Virus record (IMG/VR): IMGVR_UViG_3300027917_001949
Location: 1-64,000 of that record
Source of the DNA: a virus
Reading direction: 5' to 3' (one strand)
DNA: 64,000 nucleotides
A model generated the notes under the pieces. The model saw only the letters and a list, made by a program, of their open reading frames with translations. It was not told the origin of the DNA and did no database searches. This document shows, in pieces, positions 1-8,665 of the stretch; within the stretch, counting starts at the first letter, position 1, and each line of letters opens with the position of its first letter. Both the position numbers and the translations under genes were made by a program.

Positions 1-1
1 T

Positions 2-493
2 GGTCTCCCGTGTTCTGGGAAAACTACAATAGCGGATGCGTTAGCGGAGAAACTAAAGGAAAAACGTTCTAAAGTAGAGAGATTGGACGGTGATGTCACT
101 AGAGTACTGTGGAGGGAACTAGGGTTCTCGAAGGGGGATAGGGATGAAAACATTCATAGGGTTGGAGTCTTGTGCGAGATGCTGGTTCGTAACGGGGTCG
201 CAGTTGTCACTGCATTTGTGTCTCCTTACGCAGTGGCTCGAGATTCTGTTCATGAAACCATTGGAGAGTTTGTTGAAGTATATGTCAAATGCCCGCTTGA
301 AATCTGCATTGAACGTGATGTTAAGGGGATGTACAAGAAAGCAATAGCTGGTGAGATAACTAATTTTACCGGTATATCTGACCCGTACGAAGAACCACAG
401 AATCCAGACATTATTGTTAATACTAGTACCACTACAGTTGATGAGTGTGTCGATGAGATATATGCGAAATTGGAGGAGTGCGGGTACTTATGA
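2..493 (+). CDS. cysC: Adenylylsulfate (APS) kinase, 5'-truncated by window edge
   Basis: Frame open from base 2: GLPCSGKTT Walker A, LDGD, LGFSKGDRDENI, FVSPY, RDVKGMYKKA, FTGISDPYEEP. Confidence 0.95.
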   Translation, partial: GLPCSGKTTIADALAEKLKEKRSKVERLDGDVTRVLWRELGFSKGDRDENIHRVGVLCEMLVRNGVAVVTAFVSPYAVARDSVHETIGEFVEVYVKCPLEICIERDVKGMYKKAIAGEITNFTGISDPYEEPQNPDIIVNTSTTTVDECVDEIYAKLEECGYL

Positions 494-1170
494 TAGTTAA
501 CCATAAACATAAATTCATATTCATACGTTCTGAAAAAACAGCGAGCACCAGTCTGGAGCGATACTTGCATGACCATTGTAAGTTTTCCAAAGATGACATT
601 ATTACTTTTGTTCCTAGTGGTAAACGTAAAGCGCAGAATATCGGTGGTGGACTGAGCGAGGATGACCCAACAGCGTTCTGGAATCATATGCCAGGGTATA
701 TTATCCGTGATTTGATTCCATATGAGTGGGATAATTATTACAAGTGGTGTGTTGACAGACACCCGTTGGAGAAAACTATATCATCATACTTCCATAAATT
801 AGACTTAAAATGGGTTAAAAATTTTGACGATTACATGAGCGGTTCAAGGTATTTTCCGGCTGCTAGAGCAACTATGGGACATCCTGAGCAAGCGTGTAAT
901 TATCCGAAGTATACTGAACCAACCAATCCAGATATAATTATTGTCGATAGAGTTATTAAATATGAAAACCTAAATCGTGAGTTAGCTGATGTGTTCAAGA
1001 TGTTGGGGATACCGTGGCGTGGTTCGCTTGGGTACACCGATAAAAATAAGTATCGGAAGGATAAACGACCAGCAACCGAAATATTTAAGAAAGACCCGTT
1101 CAACAAACATCTTCCTAAATTGAGGGAAGTTTTCGCACAAGAGTGCAAGTTGCTAGGGTACAAATTCTAG
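490..1170 (+). CDS. Sulfotransferase family 2-like protein
   Basis: FIFIRSEKTASTS (5'-PSB-like), DRHPLEKTISSY (3'-PB-like), VIKYENL; ATG overlaps cysC stop. Confidence 0.8.
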   Translation: MIVNHKHKFIFIRSEKTASTSLERYLHDHCKFSKDDIITFVPSGKRKAQNIGGGLSEDDPTAFWNHMPGYIIRDLIPYEWDNYYKWCVDRHPLEKTISSYFHKLDLKWVKNFDDYMSGSRYFPAARATMGHPEQACNYPKYTEPTNPDIIIVDRVIKYENLNRELADVFKMLGIPWRGSLGYTDKNKYRKDKRPATEIFKKDPFNKHLPKLREVFAQECKLLGYKF

Positions 1171-1201
1171 AAAACGGAATGAGATTTGAGAGGTGTAGGA
1201 A

Positions 1202-1702
1202 ATGCCTTATGGAATAGAGAACGAAACTCCAAAGCAGACAAAGTGGATGGAGGATTGTGTAGAAAGCGTCATGTCAAAGAATAAAGGATATGACAAAAGT
1301 AAAGCTATTGCTATTTGCAAAGCTCAGTTGAAGAAGAGTGACTGGGACCCAGACGCTCAGAGTGAGTTGAGTATGCGTGAAGAGTTGTGGCAATTGGAAG
1401 ACAAAATACGTGAAGCTATTGGTGGTGGTAACAACACAATGGTTGAACCGGCGTATAGTCCATACGTTGCTGACGTTTTTGATGACTATGTTATCATCGA
1501 AAAAGGACCAAAACTTTACAAGGTTGACTGGTCACTGTCAGGTGGTGATGTCACAATAATGTGGGATACTGCTGTTGAGGTTGAGAGGAAAACTGTGTAC
1601 GAACCTACCGGTGAGAGTGAGATGAAGTATACTCAAGTACCAGTTATCAGGTCAAAGAAAAATACCAGAGTTATCACATTTGGTGGGAGAACAGTTAATT
1701 AA
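1202..1702 (+). CDS. Hypothetical protein, possibly head-associated
   Basis: ORF with GAGGTG RBS; N-terminal CV..VM...AIAIC helical motif. Confidence 0.6.
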   Translation: MPYGIENETPKQTKWMEDCVESVMSKNKGYDKSKAIAICKAQLKKSDWDPDAQSELSMREELWQLEDKIREAIGGGNNTMVEPAYSPYVADVFDDYVIIEKGPKLYKVDWSLSGGDVTIMWDTAVEVERKTVYEPTGESEMKYTQVPVIRSKKNTRVITFGGRTVN

Positions 1703-1711
1703 GGAGAGGAA

Positions 1712-2839
1712 ATGAAGGTCTTATGGATAGGAGATGCCATTGTAAATTCTGGGTTCAGTATTGTAACTCATAACATTTGTAATGAGTTGTATCAAAAATG
1801 TGACCTAGAAGTTTTTGGGATACGTTACGATGGTAGAGAAAAGCACCAATACCCGTATCACATATATCCAGGTTCGTTTGGCAGAGACATTTATTCGATT
1901 GAGTTTGCCAGTGAGGTTATTAGTAAGACACGTCCCGACGTAGTGGTAGTGTTTAACGATGACCATATTATTAACAGTTACACTACGCAGATGATGTTAC
2001 CATCAGGTACTCGGGTAATTCCGATGTTTCCTGTCAACATGTTACCAATCAACAAGGAGACCGTGCTCGGTTTTGGTGACGCTACGGTTATTACCTATAC
2101 TAATTTTGCTAAAAATAAGGTAAGAGAGATAAACCCTAATCTCAGCATATCGTCGGTATATCATGGTGTTAGTCATGAAGTATTCAAAAAGGTTGATGGG
2201 GTAAAAGAGTCAGTTGGCATGAAGAACTATTTTGTGGTCGGCACAATTAATTCAAATACGTACCGTAAAAGATTAGACTTGTTCTTACAAGGGTTTGCGA
2301 AGTTTGCGAAAGGTAAGTCAGATGTTAGGTGTCTTATTCATGCTACGAACAAGGACTACTCGTACGAGTTGGGAGACATCGTTAGAGACCTCGGTATCAG
2401 TAATAAAACCATTTTAAGCACGTTACCCCGTGATTTTGTAGAAATAAATGCTCTATATAACATGATGGACGTTAATGTTAATACCTCAATGGGTGAAGGT
2501 TTTGGTTTATCGTTGATTGAAGGAGCAGCATGTTCTGTACCTGTGTTGTGCCCGTCTCACGGTAATCTAATTGACATATGGACTCAGGGAGCGGAGTTTA
2601 TTGACATTGAAGACTATGAGTATGTTGCCGGTACGAGATTTGTGGGTGGAAGGATAAGTACCGATAGTATGGCGACTAAACTGGACAAATTATACGAAGA
2701 CCGTGAGTACACCAAAGAACTTGGTAAATTGGCTTTAGAGCATAGCAACGAGTCGAAGTTTTCTTGGGAAACGGTATCAAATAAGGTCTATAAAGCCATT
2801 TTTGACGTAAATTTCAGTAAAATATCCTATATAACGTAA
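1712..2839 (+). CDS. GT-B glycosyltransferase (GT4-like)
   Basis: KVLWIGD..SGF, YHGV, RKRLD, TSMGEGFGLSLIEGAAC, FSWE. Confidence 0.92.
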   Translation: MKVLWIGDAIVNSGFSIVTHNICNELYQKCDLEVFGIRYDGREKHQYPYHIYPGSFGRDIYSIEFASEVISKTRPDVVVVFNDDHIINSYTTQMMLPSGTRVIPMFPVNMLPINKETVLGFGDATVITYTNFAKNKVREINPNLSISSVYHGVSHEVFKKVDGVKESVGMKNYFVVGTINSNTYRKRLDLFLQGFAKFAKGKSDVRCLIHATNKDYSYELGDIVRDLGISNKTILSTLPRDFVEINALYNMMDVNVNTSMGEGFGLSLIEGAACSVPVLCPSHGNLIDIWTQGAEFIDIEDYEYVAGTRFVGGRISTDSMATKLDKLYEDREYTKELGKLALEHSNESKFSWETVSNKVYKAIFDVNFSKISYIT

Positions 2840-2876
2840 AAAAATTGAAAATAATTGAAAAAAAGTAGCCAAAAAG

Positions 2877-2902
2877 TGTAACAAAAGTGGCACTTTTTCG
2901 TA
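2877..2902 (+). promoter_or_regulatory. Candidate ECF-type promoter TGTAAC-N16-CGTA upstream of head genes
   Basis: Resembles Bacillus SigX/SigW-type -35/-10 with 16-nt spacer; A-tract upstream. Confidence 0.4.
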
Positions 2903-2965
2903 GTATATAATTAGAGGCGTAGTATAACCACTACCCTCGTGCCCGTTTGGGTGCTGGAGAATTTA

Positions 2966-3553
2966 ATGAAGGATACTATATTTAACATAAGTCTTAGTTT
3001 CATAGAAGACGGTGACCTAGCCCAAGCTGGTATACCTGAAGAATACAAGAATCCGTTATTGACATGGGTTAAGCTCATCTTTACTGATGACAAACCTAAT
3101 GCCAACAATCAGGGTATTAGTCAGGAAGAATTCCCGAATCTTTTGAAATCTATGGCTTATATGCCAATAAAAGCCAATTTTGATTCCGAGTTCGGTTTAG
3201 AAGGTCATTCTGATGCACATGTGATAGGGGTGATAAAGGGCGGACAGCAAGAAGGTGATAAAATAGTAGCTGTTGGTGCTCTTTTTCAGGACGAGTATCC
3301 AGATGTTGTCGATTTCTTTAAGAATGAGATGGCTGAAGGAAGCAACGTTGACTTTTCTTGGGAGATTCGTTACAAGGACTCTGAGGAGAAGGACGGAGTT
3401 GAGTGGTTACAGCATGTAACTACAAAAGCTATTACGGCTGTTCAACATCCTGCATACGAAGGCAGAACACCATTAATATCTATTAGTGCACACGATTTGA
3501 TTAAGATAGTGGACGAGGAGTTGAAAGAACGTAAAGCTACTGAGGTGGTGTAA
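2966..3553 (+). CDS. Putative prohead protease-like head protein
   Basis: Position before scaffold/capsid; PNANNQG, GH...IG, FSWEI, PAY motifs; ATG at 2966 after GGAG. Confidence 0.55.
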   Translation: MKDTIFNISLSFIEDGDLAQAGIPEEYKNPLLTWVKLIFTDDKPNANNQGISQEEFPNLLKSMAYMPIKANFDSEFGLEGHSDAHVIGVIKGGQQEGDKIVAVGALFQDEYPDVVDFFKNEMAEGSNVDFSWEIRYKDSEEKDGVEWLQHVTTKAITAVQHPAYEGRTPLISISAHDLIKIVDEELKERKATEVV

Positions 3554-4500
3554 TGAAAAGACTATTGGATTTAAGCAATGTTCCGACCCCTCAGTTGAAG
3601 GAAATCAGAAAAGTACTTGTTGCTGGTGTTCAAGCAGTGGCAGAAGATACGAACAAACCGGACATGTCTGGAGTTGCTCAACTGTGTCATAAGAGTCCAC
3701 CAAAAGGGTATCCTGATGACAAATCAGAGTATGGTGACCCAGAGTGTTACAGATACCCATTGAACACAAAAGCAAGGTGCTTAACCGCTTGGAGGTATGT
3801 ACACCAAGCCGATAACAAGGAAATCTTGGGTGATAAATTTAAAGGCGTTGAAAGCAAGATAAAAAGCTACGCTAAGAAACACTATGATTTAGACCTTCAG
3901 GTCGGTGAATCAGATAAGTTCAATTGGGAGCAGGCATTTCTAGAGTACTACGATGCCGAAACTATGGGCGAACGTTGCGACTCGGTAGAGCTTGAACCCG
4001 AAGGAGCGACTAACGAAGGAGATGATAATATTATGGAAGATATTGAAAAGAAGGTAGCGTCTCTTGAACAGGAAGTAGAAGACCTTAAGAAAACTAAGGA
4101 CACATTGGAAACCGAGAATGCTTCTCTTAAGGAACAGGCTTCTCAGGTCGAGACTCTCACAACTGAAATAAACGAGATGAAGACTGAACTAGAAGCTCTC
4201 AGGAAGTTCAAGACCGATACCGAAGAAGCTCAGGAAAGAGCAGATAATATAAAGGCTATCAAGAGTAAGTTAGACGAAGCTGGTATTGAAGCAGATGTTG
4301 AAGCTGAAGCTGATTACTGGTTGAGTATGACTGATGATAACCTAGTGAAGACAATCGCAAAATTGAGCGAATTGTCAAAAGGAGCTAAGGCTTCTGCAAG
4401 TATAAAAGTTCCTCCTGTTAAGACCGATGACGAGGACGATGATAATGTATCAATCGTCTCTCAAGCATTGAACGAGCGCAAGCAGGCGAAGAACGATTAA
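3553..4500 (+). CDS. Scaffolding-like protein with C-terminal acidic coiled coil
   Basis: Long E/K-rich heptad region from about aa 161; position upstream of capsid genes. Confidence 0.65.
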   Translation: MKRLLDLSNVPTPQLKEIRKVLVAGVQAVAEDTNKPDMSGVAQLCHKSPPKGYPDDKSEYGDPECYRYPLNTKARCLTAWRYVHQADNKEILGDKFKGVESKIKSYAKKHYDLDLQVGESDKFNWEQAFLEYYDAETMGERCDSVELEPEGATNEGDDNIMEDIEKKVASLEQEVEDLKKTKDTLETENASLKEQASQVETLTTEINEMKTELEALRKFKTDTEEAQERADNIKAIKSKLDEAGIEADVEAEADYWLSMTDDNLVKTIAKLSELSKGAKASASIKVPPVKTDDEDDDNVSIVSQALNERKQAKND

Positions 4501-4513
4501 GTGAGGTAATCTA

Positions 4514-5116
4514 ATGGGTGTAGAAATTAGACTTAGAGGTACAGCTATCCCATGTATAGCACAGGAAGACATCAAAGCAGGACTTGCCGTTAAGCTTGGT
4601 GCCGCTGCAAATGCCCCTCAGATTCTGAGCGGTAATGCCGACCCAGACCCTAATTTGCAGGGAGGAATCTATAACGTACTACAGGGTGCGTCACTACCTA
4701 CTGGCGACAACGATACCGCTGCTAAGTATGTAGCTGCGTTCCGTGTGTACAACGAGAAGCCTCCGCTATATGAGGACCTTCCAGCTAATAACGAAAGTTC
4801 AACCACTGTTCCTTATACCCTACGTCCGGTGACAGAGGGTTCTGAGAACTTACCAGCAGATGTAACGCTGAGAATGGTTGTACCTAGATTGAAGGAAGAT
4901 GCCACCATCCCATCAGGCGCACTTATGTTAGCTTATGATGATGGTATTTACACCGTTACTAGCGGTTGCTACAGCGGTGCATTATCAACATTCACCATTG
5001 GTGCTGGCATCAGTGTAAACACTGGTGGTTTGTGGGTAAATGGTACAGGTGGTCAAGTTGGTATTTGTTTTGAAAAGAACACTACCAAGGGCACACTTAC
5101 CATAAAGACAGGATAA
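4514..5116 (+). CDS. Putative head decoration/cement protein
   Basis: Gly/Ala/Thr-rich beta protein directly before major capsid gene. Confidence 0.55.
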   Translation: MGVEIRLRGTAIPCIAQEDIKAGLAVKLGAAANAPQILSGNADPDPNLQGGIYNVLQGASLPTGDNDTAAKYVAAFRVYNEKPPLYEDLPANNESSTTVPYTLRPVTEGSENLPADVTLRMVVPRLKEDATIPSGALMLAYDDGIYTVTSGCYSGALSTFTIGAGISVNTGGLWVNGTGGQVGICFEKNTTKGTLTIKTG

Positions 5117-5137
5117 CAAAAAATAATAATTGATTAG

Positions 5138-5161
5138 GGGGAGAGGTTAATCCCTCTCCCC
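5138..5161 (+). promoter_or_regulatory. GC-rich hairpin in capsid-gene leader (no U tract)
   Basis: GGGGAGAGG-ttaatc-CCTCTCCCC. Confidence 0.55.
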
Positions 5162-5179
5162 ACTATAGGTGAAACCAAA

Positions 5180-6100
5180 ATGGACGAAACTAAACTAAAG
5201 AAAGCCCTTGCTGAAGTGGCGAAGAATGATAAGAGAGCACTGGCTGAATTGATTGTTGAGTACGTCGGTCCGAAGCATGTTTCTCAGGACATCGTGGGTA
5301 TGTTCCTAAACACTCGTTCACTTAACCCTGGAGATGCTCTTGTAAAGAAAGTACGTAGAGGTATCGAAGTTAGACAGTTAGTTCCTGGTCAGGATACTCT
5401 TGCAAGCCAGATTACAGTGAAAGAAGTTGTAACGCACAACTTGGACACTGCGTACGCAGAGGTTTCCCACAACGAGTGGGAGGTAGAGTCAGGTGAGATT
5501 GGCACTGTTGACGAAATAAGACAGGAAATCATGGCTAAATTGTCAGATTTCTATGTTGTTAAGGTTATGAATGCGTTGTATACATTGGCTACTATCGATG
5601 ACGACACCAACTTCTTCTATGTGACATCCCCAATCACCAGAACCACATTGGAAACCGCTATCGATAATATTGCTGATGTTGCGGGCAACGTCAAAGCTGT
5701 AGTTGGTAGAAGAACCGCTCTTGCTCCTATTACCAAGTTTGCTGGATACAGAGCCGCTGTGGGTGCAACTGAATCAAGTGCATACCTAGTACCTGTTCCT
5801 TCAGCCCTTGAGGAAATTAGGAGAACTGGTTGGTTTGGTGTGTACTACGGTGCAAACTTTATCAGCTTAGAGCAGGTTTATGATAATATGTATGATAGAA
5901 ATGGTCTCATCAGAGACGACTTAATCGTCGTTATCGGTGATAACTGTGGTGAATTTATCACCTACGGTGACTCAAGAGAGGACCAGTGGACTGATATGCA
6001 GACCGCTCCTCCAACATGGCACATCAGAGTCTATCAGCAGTACGGTCTATTGTTCGACCAGATGGAGAACGTAGCTGTTATCAGAACCGACTCACCGTAA
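5180..6100 (+). CDS. Major capsid protein (HK97-fold likely)
   Basis: 306 aa, synteny after scaffold/decoration, G..YGA.F and ENVAVI C-terminus, flanked by hairpins. Confidence 0.75.
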   Translation: MDETKLKKALAEVAKNDKRALAELIVEYVGPKHVSQDIVGMFLNTRSLNPGDALVKKVRRGIEVRQLVPGQDTLASQITVKEVVTHNLDTAYAEVSHNEWEVESGEIGTVDEIRQEIMAKLSDFYVVKVMNALYTLATIDDDTNFFYVTSPITRTTLETAIDNIADVAGNVKAVVGRRTALAPITKFAGYRAAVGATESSAYLVPVPSALEEIRRTGWFGVYYGANFISLEQVYDNMYDRNGLIRDDLIVVIGDNCGEFITYGDSREDQWTDMQTAPPTWHIRVYQQYGLLFDQMENVAVIRTDSP

Positions 6101-6113
6101 TGATAACGGATAA

Positions 6114-6138
6114 AGGGGGGAGTTAAAACCTCCCCCCT
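6114..6138 (+). terminator. Hairpin/terminator after capsid gene
   Basis: AGGGGGGAG-ttaaaac-CTCCCCCCT followed by AT-rich tail. Confidence 0.6.
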
Positions 6139-6205
6139 AATTAATATAAAGACTAGGTGGGAGAGAGGTTCAGAAGCCTAGTATAAAAAACATAAAGGAG
6201 ATATT

Positions 6206-6709
6206 ATGAACGAGAAACAATATCCTAGAGTATTCAAGAAAGCTATAAAAGGTTCTGTGGGTGGCAGGTACATAAACAGTAGAGGTGAGTATGATGAATT
6301 TTTGCTAATCGGTGACCCTGCTAAAGCTGACATCGAAAAAGTGTCTGTTGAAATAGTAGATGTGGAAGCTGAAAAATATTTCCTCAAGAATAACAAACTC
6401 GCTATCACCAATGGTTATCTTGTTGAGATTACCGATGGAACAGAAATTGTATTAGATGAGGTTAATGCGGTTAATGATAGTTTCCTCAAAGACCTATTGA
6501 AACAACCTTATAAGAGAATGGAAAAGAGGGTGAACGAGTTTACGTCACCTGTACCTGTTAGTAGGTTACTTGCCCTAGCAAAAGAAGAGAATCGACCTGT
6601 GAAGACTATTGAGTTTTTACAGAACGCTCTTAATAGATTGGATAATCGCAACCCACTGCCCAATATAGCCAGTATCGGCGATGTAAAAGTCGGCGGTGCT
6701 ACTGGATAG
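6206..6709 (+). CDS. Hypothetical protein
   Basis: ORF with AAGGAG RBS. Confidence 0.7.
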   Translation: MNEKQYPRVFKKAIKGSVGGRYINSRGEYDEFLLIGDPAKADIEKVSVEIVDVEAEKYFLKNNKLAITNGYLVEITDGTEIVLDEVNAVNDSFLKDLLKQPYKRMEKRVNEFTSPVPVSRLLALAKEENRPVKTIEFLQNALNRLDNRNPLPNIASIGDVKVGGATG

Positions 6710-6805
6710 TACATGGGGAGTGGAGTTTTTTGTTCTGCTCCCCTACCGGAAGGTAGATTTGACGATATTATATAATATGAGTAGAGGTTTCTAGAGGTAC
6801 TTGTT

Positions 6806-7075
6806 ATGCCTATTGACGGAGTTGAACCTACAAAGGTTAAACCAAGATATGATAGACGAGGTAAATGTAATAGGTGTGGTTGGTGTTGTCAGTACCACAA
6901 TTGTGAGAAGCTAAGGTTTGAAGGAGATTTGGCGGTTTGTTCTATCTATGAAGACAGACCACAAAGGTGTGTAGTCTTTCCTGAAGCACCCCCGATTTTA
7001 ACTGAGAGTTGTGGTTATTATTTCCTTGATACTTGGGAGGACAATCGACCAGTTAAGTACGGGAGAGACTTATAA
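6806..7075 (+). CDS. YkgJ-like CxxCxxCC Fe-S/Zn cluster protein
   Basis: CNRCGWCC...CSIYEDRPQRCVVFP. Confidence 0.8.
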   Translation: MPIDGVEPTKVKPRYDRRGKCNRCGWCCQYHNCEKLRFEGDLAVCSIYEDRPQRCVVFPEAPPILTESCGYYFLDTWEDNRPVKYGRDL

Positions 7076-8637
7076 TGGCTGTTACTGTAACAACAAAGAA
7101 TTATACATACCTAGATGACTGCGAAAGCCTATCACCTTGGTCAGGCTTAGTAGATGCACTTGTTGGTGACTTTTACAAAGAAGGAAGCAACTGCTTAGGC
7201 ATGGAGCTTTGGGGTAGCGGTACTAACGACCATACTTTAACCGGCTCATGGGATTTATCCGGTATTAAGCACTTACATTTGTGGTGGATGACAACAGTTC
7301 TTAACGAGCTTGATACGGATGCAAACGGTGGTTTCCAAATAGGAATGAGCGACGGGTCTAATACAGGTTTCTGGAAAGTATCCGGTTCAACCACGTATCC
7401 TGGAGGTTGGTACAATCCGGTTCTTGACCTATCTCGTGCGGTAGACTCAGGTACTAAACCATCAATGTCAGCCATCACATCAATTATTTTCAGATGGGTT
7501 TTAACCTCTAATGCTAAAAAGGTACAAAGTTGCTGGATAGATAACATTTATTGTGCAGACGGTTTAATAGCATACGGTGATTTGTCCGGTAGTCCGTTTG
7601 CGTTTTCAGATATATTATCAGCAGACCAAAACACAGCGAATGGTTGGGGTATGATACGCCAAATTGGTGGAGTTTACTTTCTGGTTGGCAGTTTAACTTT
7701 TGGTGATGACTCTGGTACTAATGGTTGCGAGTTTGAAGACTCTAGTCAAGTACTAATATTTGAGAACAGACCTGTAAACGTATCAGGATACAGCATCGAC
7801 ATTGTCGGTAATTCTACCGGTGATACCGGTTTTCAACTGGGTGACGTTGCTGGTGGAAGAGGAACTCAAGGATGCGTGGTCAGGGTTCAGGACGTCACAC
7901 AAATACCAAAATTCGAGTTTAATGCTACTGATGTTAATGTGTCTGGTTTCAGAGTGTATGGTACAACGCTATTAGATGCGGCTGGTGTGTCGTTTCCTAC
8001 AGCAAGTGTAACGAGAGAGGTATTAAGCTCAAGCTTTGAGTCTTGCGGAGAGATTTTACCAAGTACTTGTAAGGTTCAGTATTGTAATATAGTTTCAGCT
8101 AATGACCGTGGAATAAGGATAAGTGATGCTGATTTTGATATTACTGATACTACATTTATCAGTTGCCCGAGCGGTGTACACATAAGCATAAGTGGAGCGT
8201 TTGATTTCGATGGTTTGGTGTTTTCAGATTGTGGTTATGATGTTGAAAACTCAACTGCTGGTGTGGTAACGGTTAACAACCTTCCTGGTGGTGCTAATGC
8301 TAGTACGTACATAAACACTGGTGGTGGTAGTACGGTAATACAGACAGGTGTTTATATAACAGTTAATGTTAAAGACGCTGATACAGACCCAATTGAAAAT
8401 GCCCAAGTGGCAGTTTATAAAAGTTCGGACAATACAGAGTTAATGAATGAGGATACGACATCATTAGGAGTGGCACAAGCTACGTATAATTACACCGGTG
8501 ATACAGCGGTATATATCAGAGTTAGGAAATCCTCAACAGGGGCAACAAAATATATTCCTGTATCAACTACTGGTACTATAACAGATACTGGTCTGACAGT
8601 AACAGTTACTCTGTATGAAGATACAACAGCGTTGTAG
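7075..8637 (+). CDS. Virion structural protein (beta-helix-like plus C-terminal Ig-like)
   Basis: S/G/T/D-rich beta composition; ITVNVKDADTDPIENAQVAVY Ig-like segment. Confidence 0.6.
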   Translation: MAVTVTTKNYTYLDDCESLSPWSGLVDALVGDFYKEGSNCLGMELWGSGTNDHTLTGSWDLSGIKHLHLWWMTTVLNELDTDANGGFQIGMSDGSNTGFWKVSGSTTYPGGWYNPVLDLSRAVDSGTKPSMSAITSIIFRWVLTSNAKKVQSCWIDNIYCADGLIAYGDLSGSPFAFSDILSADQNTANGWGMIRQIGGVYFLVGSLTFGDDSGTNGCEFEDSSQVLIFENRPVNVSGYSIDIVGNSTGDTGFQLGDVAGGRGTQGCVVRVQDVTQIPKFEFNATDVNVSGFRVYGTTLLDAAGVSFPTASVTREVLSSSFESCGEILPSTCKVQYCNIVSANDRGIRISDADFDITDTTFISCPSGVHISISGAFDFDGLVFSDCGYDVENSTAGVVTVNNLPGGANASTYINTGGGSTVIQTGVYITVNVKDADTDPIENAQVAVYKSSDNTELMNEDTTSLGVAQATYNYTGDTAVYIRVRKSSTGATKYIPVSTTGTITDTGLTVTVTLYEDTTAL

Positions 8638-8665
8638 GTGTGGAATTAAAACGAGGTAAACAACA

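Noticed and set aside
6759-6776. TTGACG...TATAAT promoter
   Set aside because: Spacer only 6 nt
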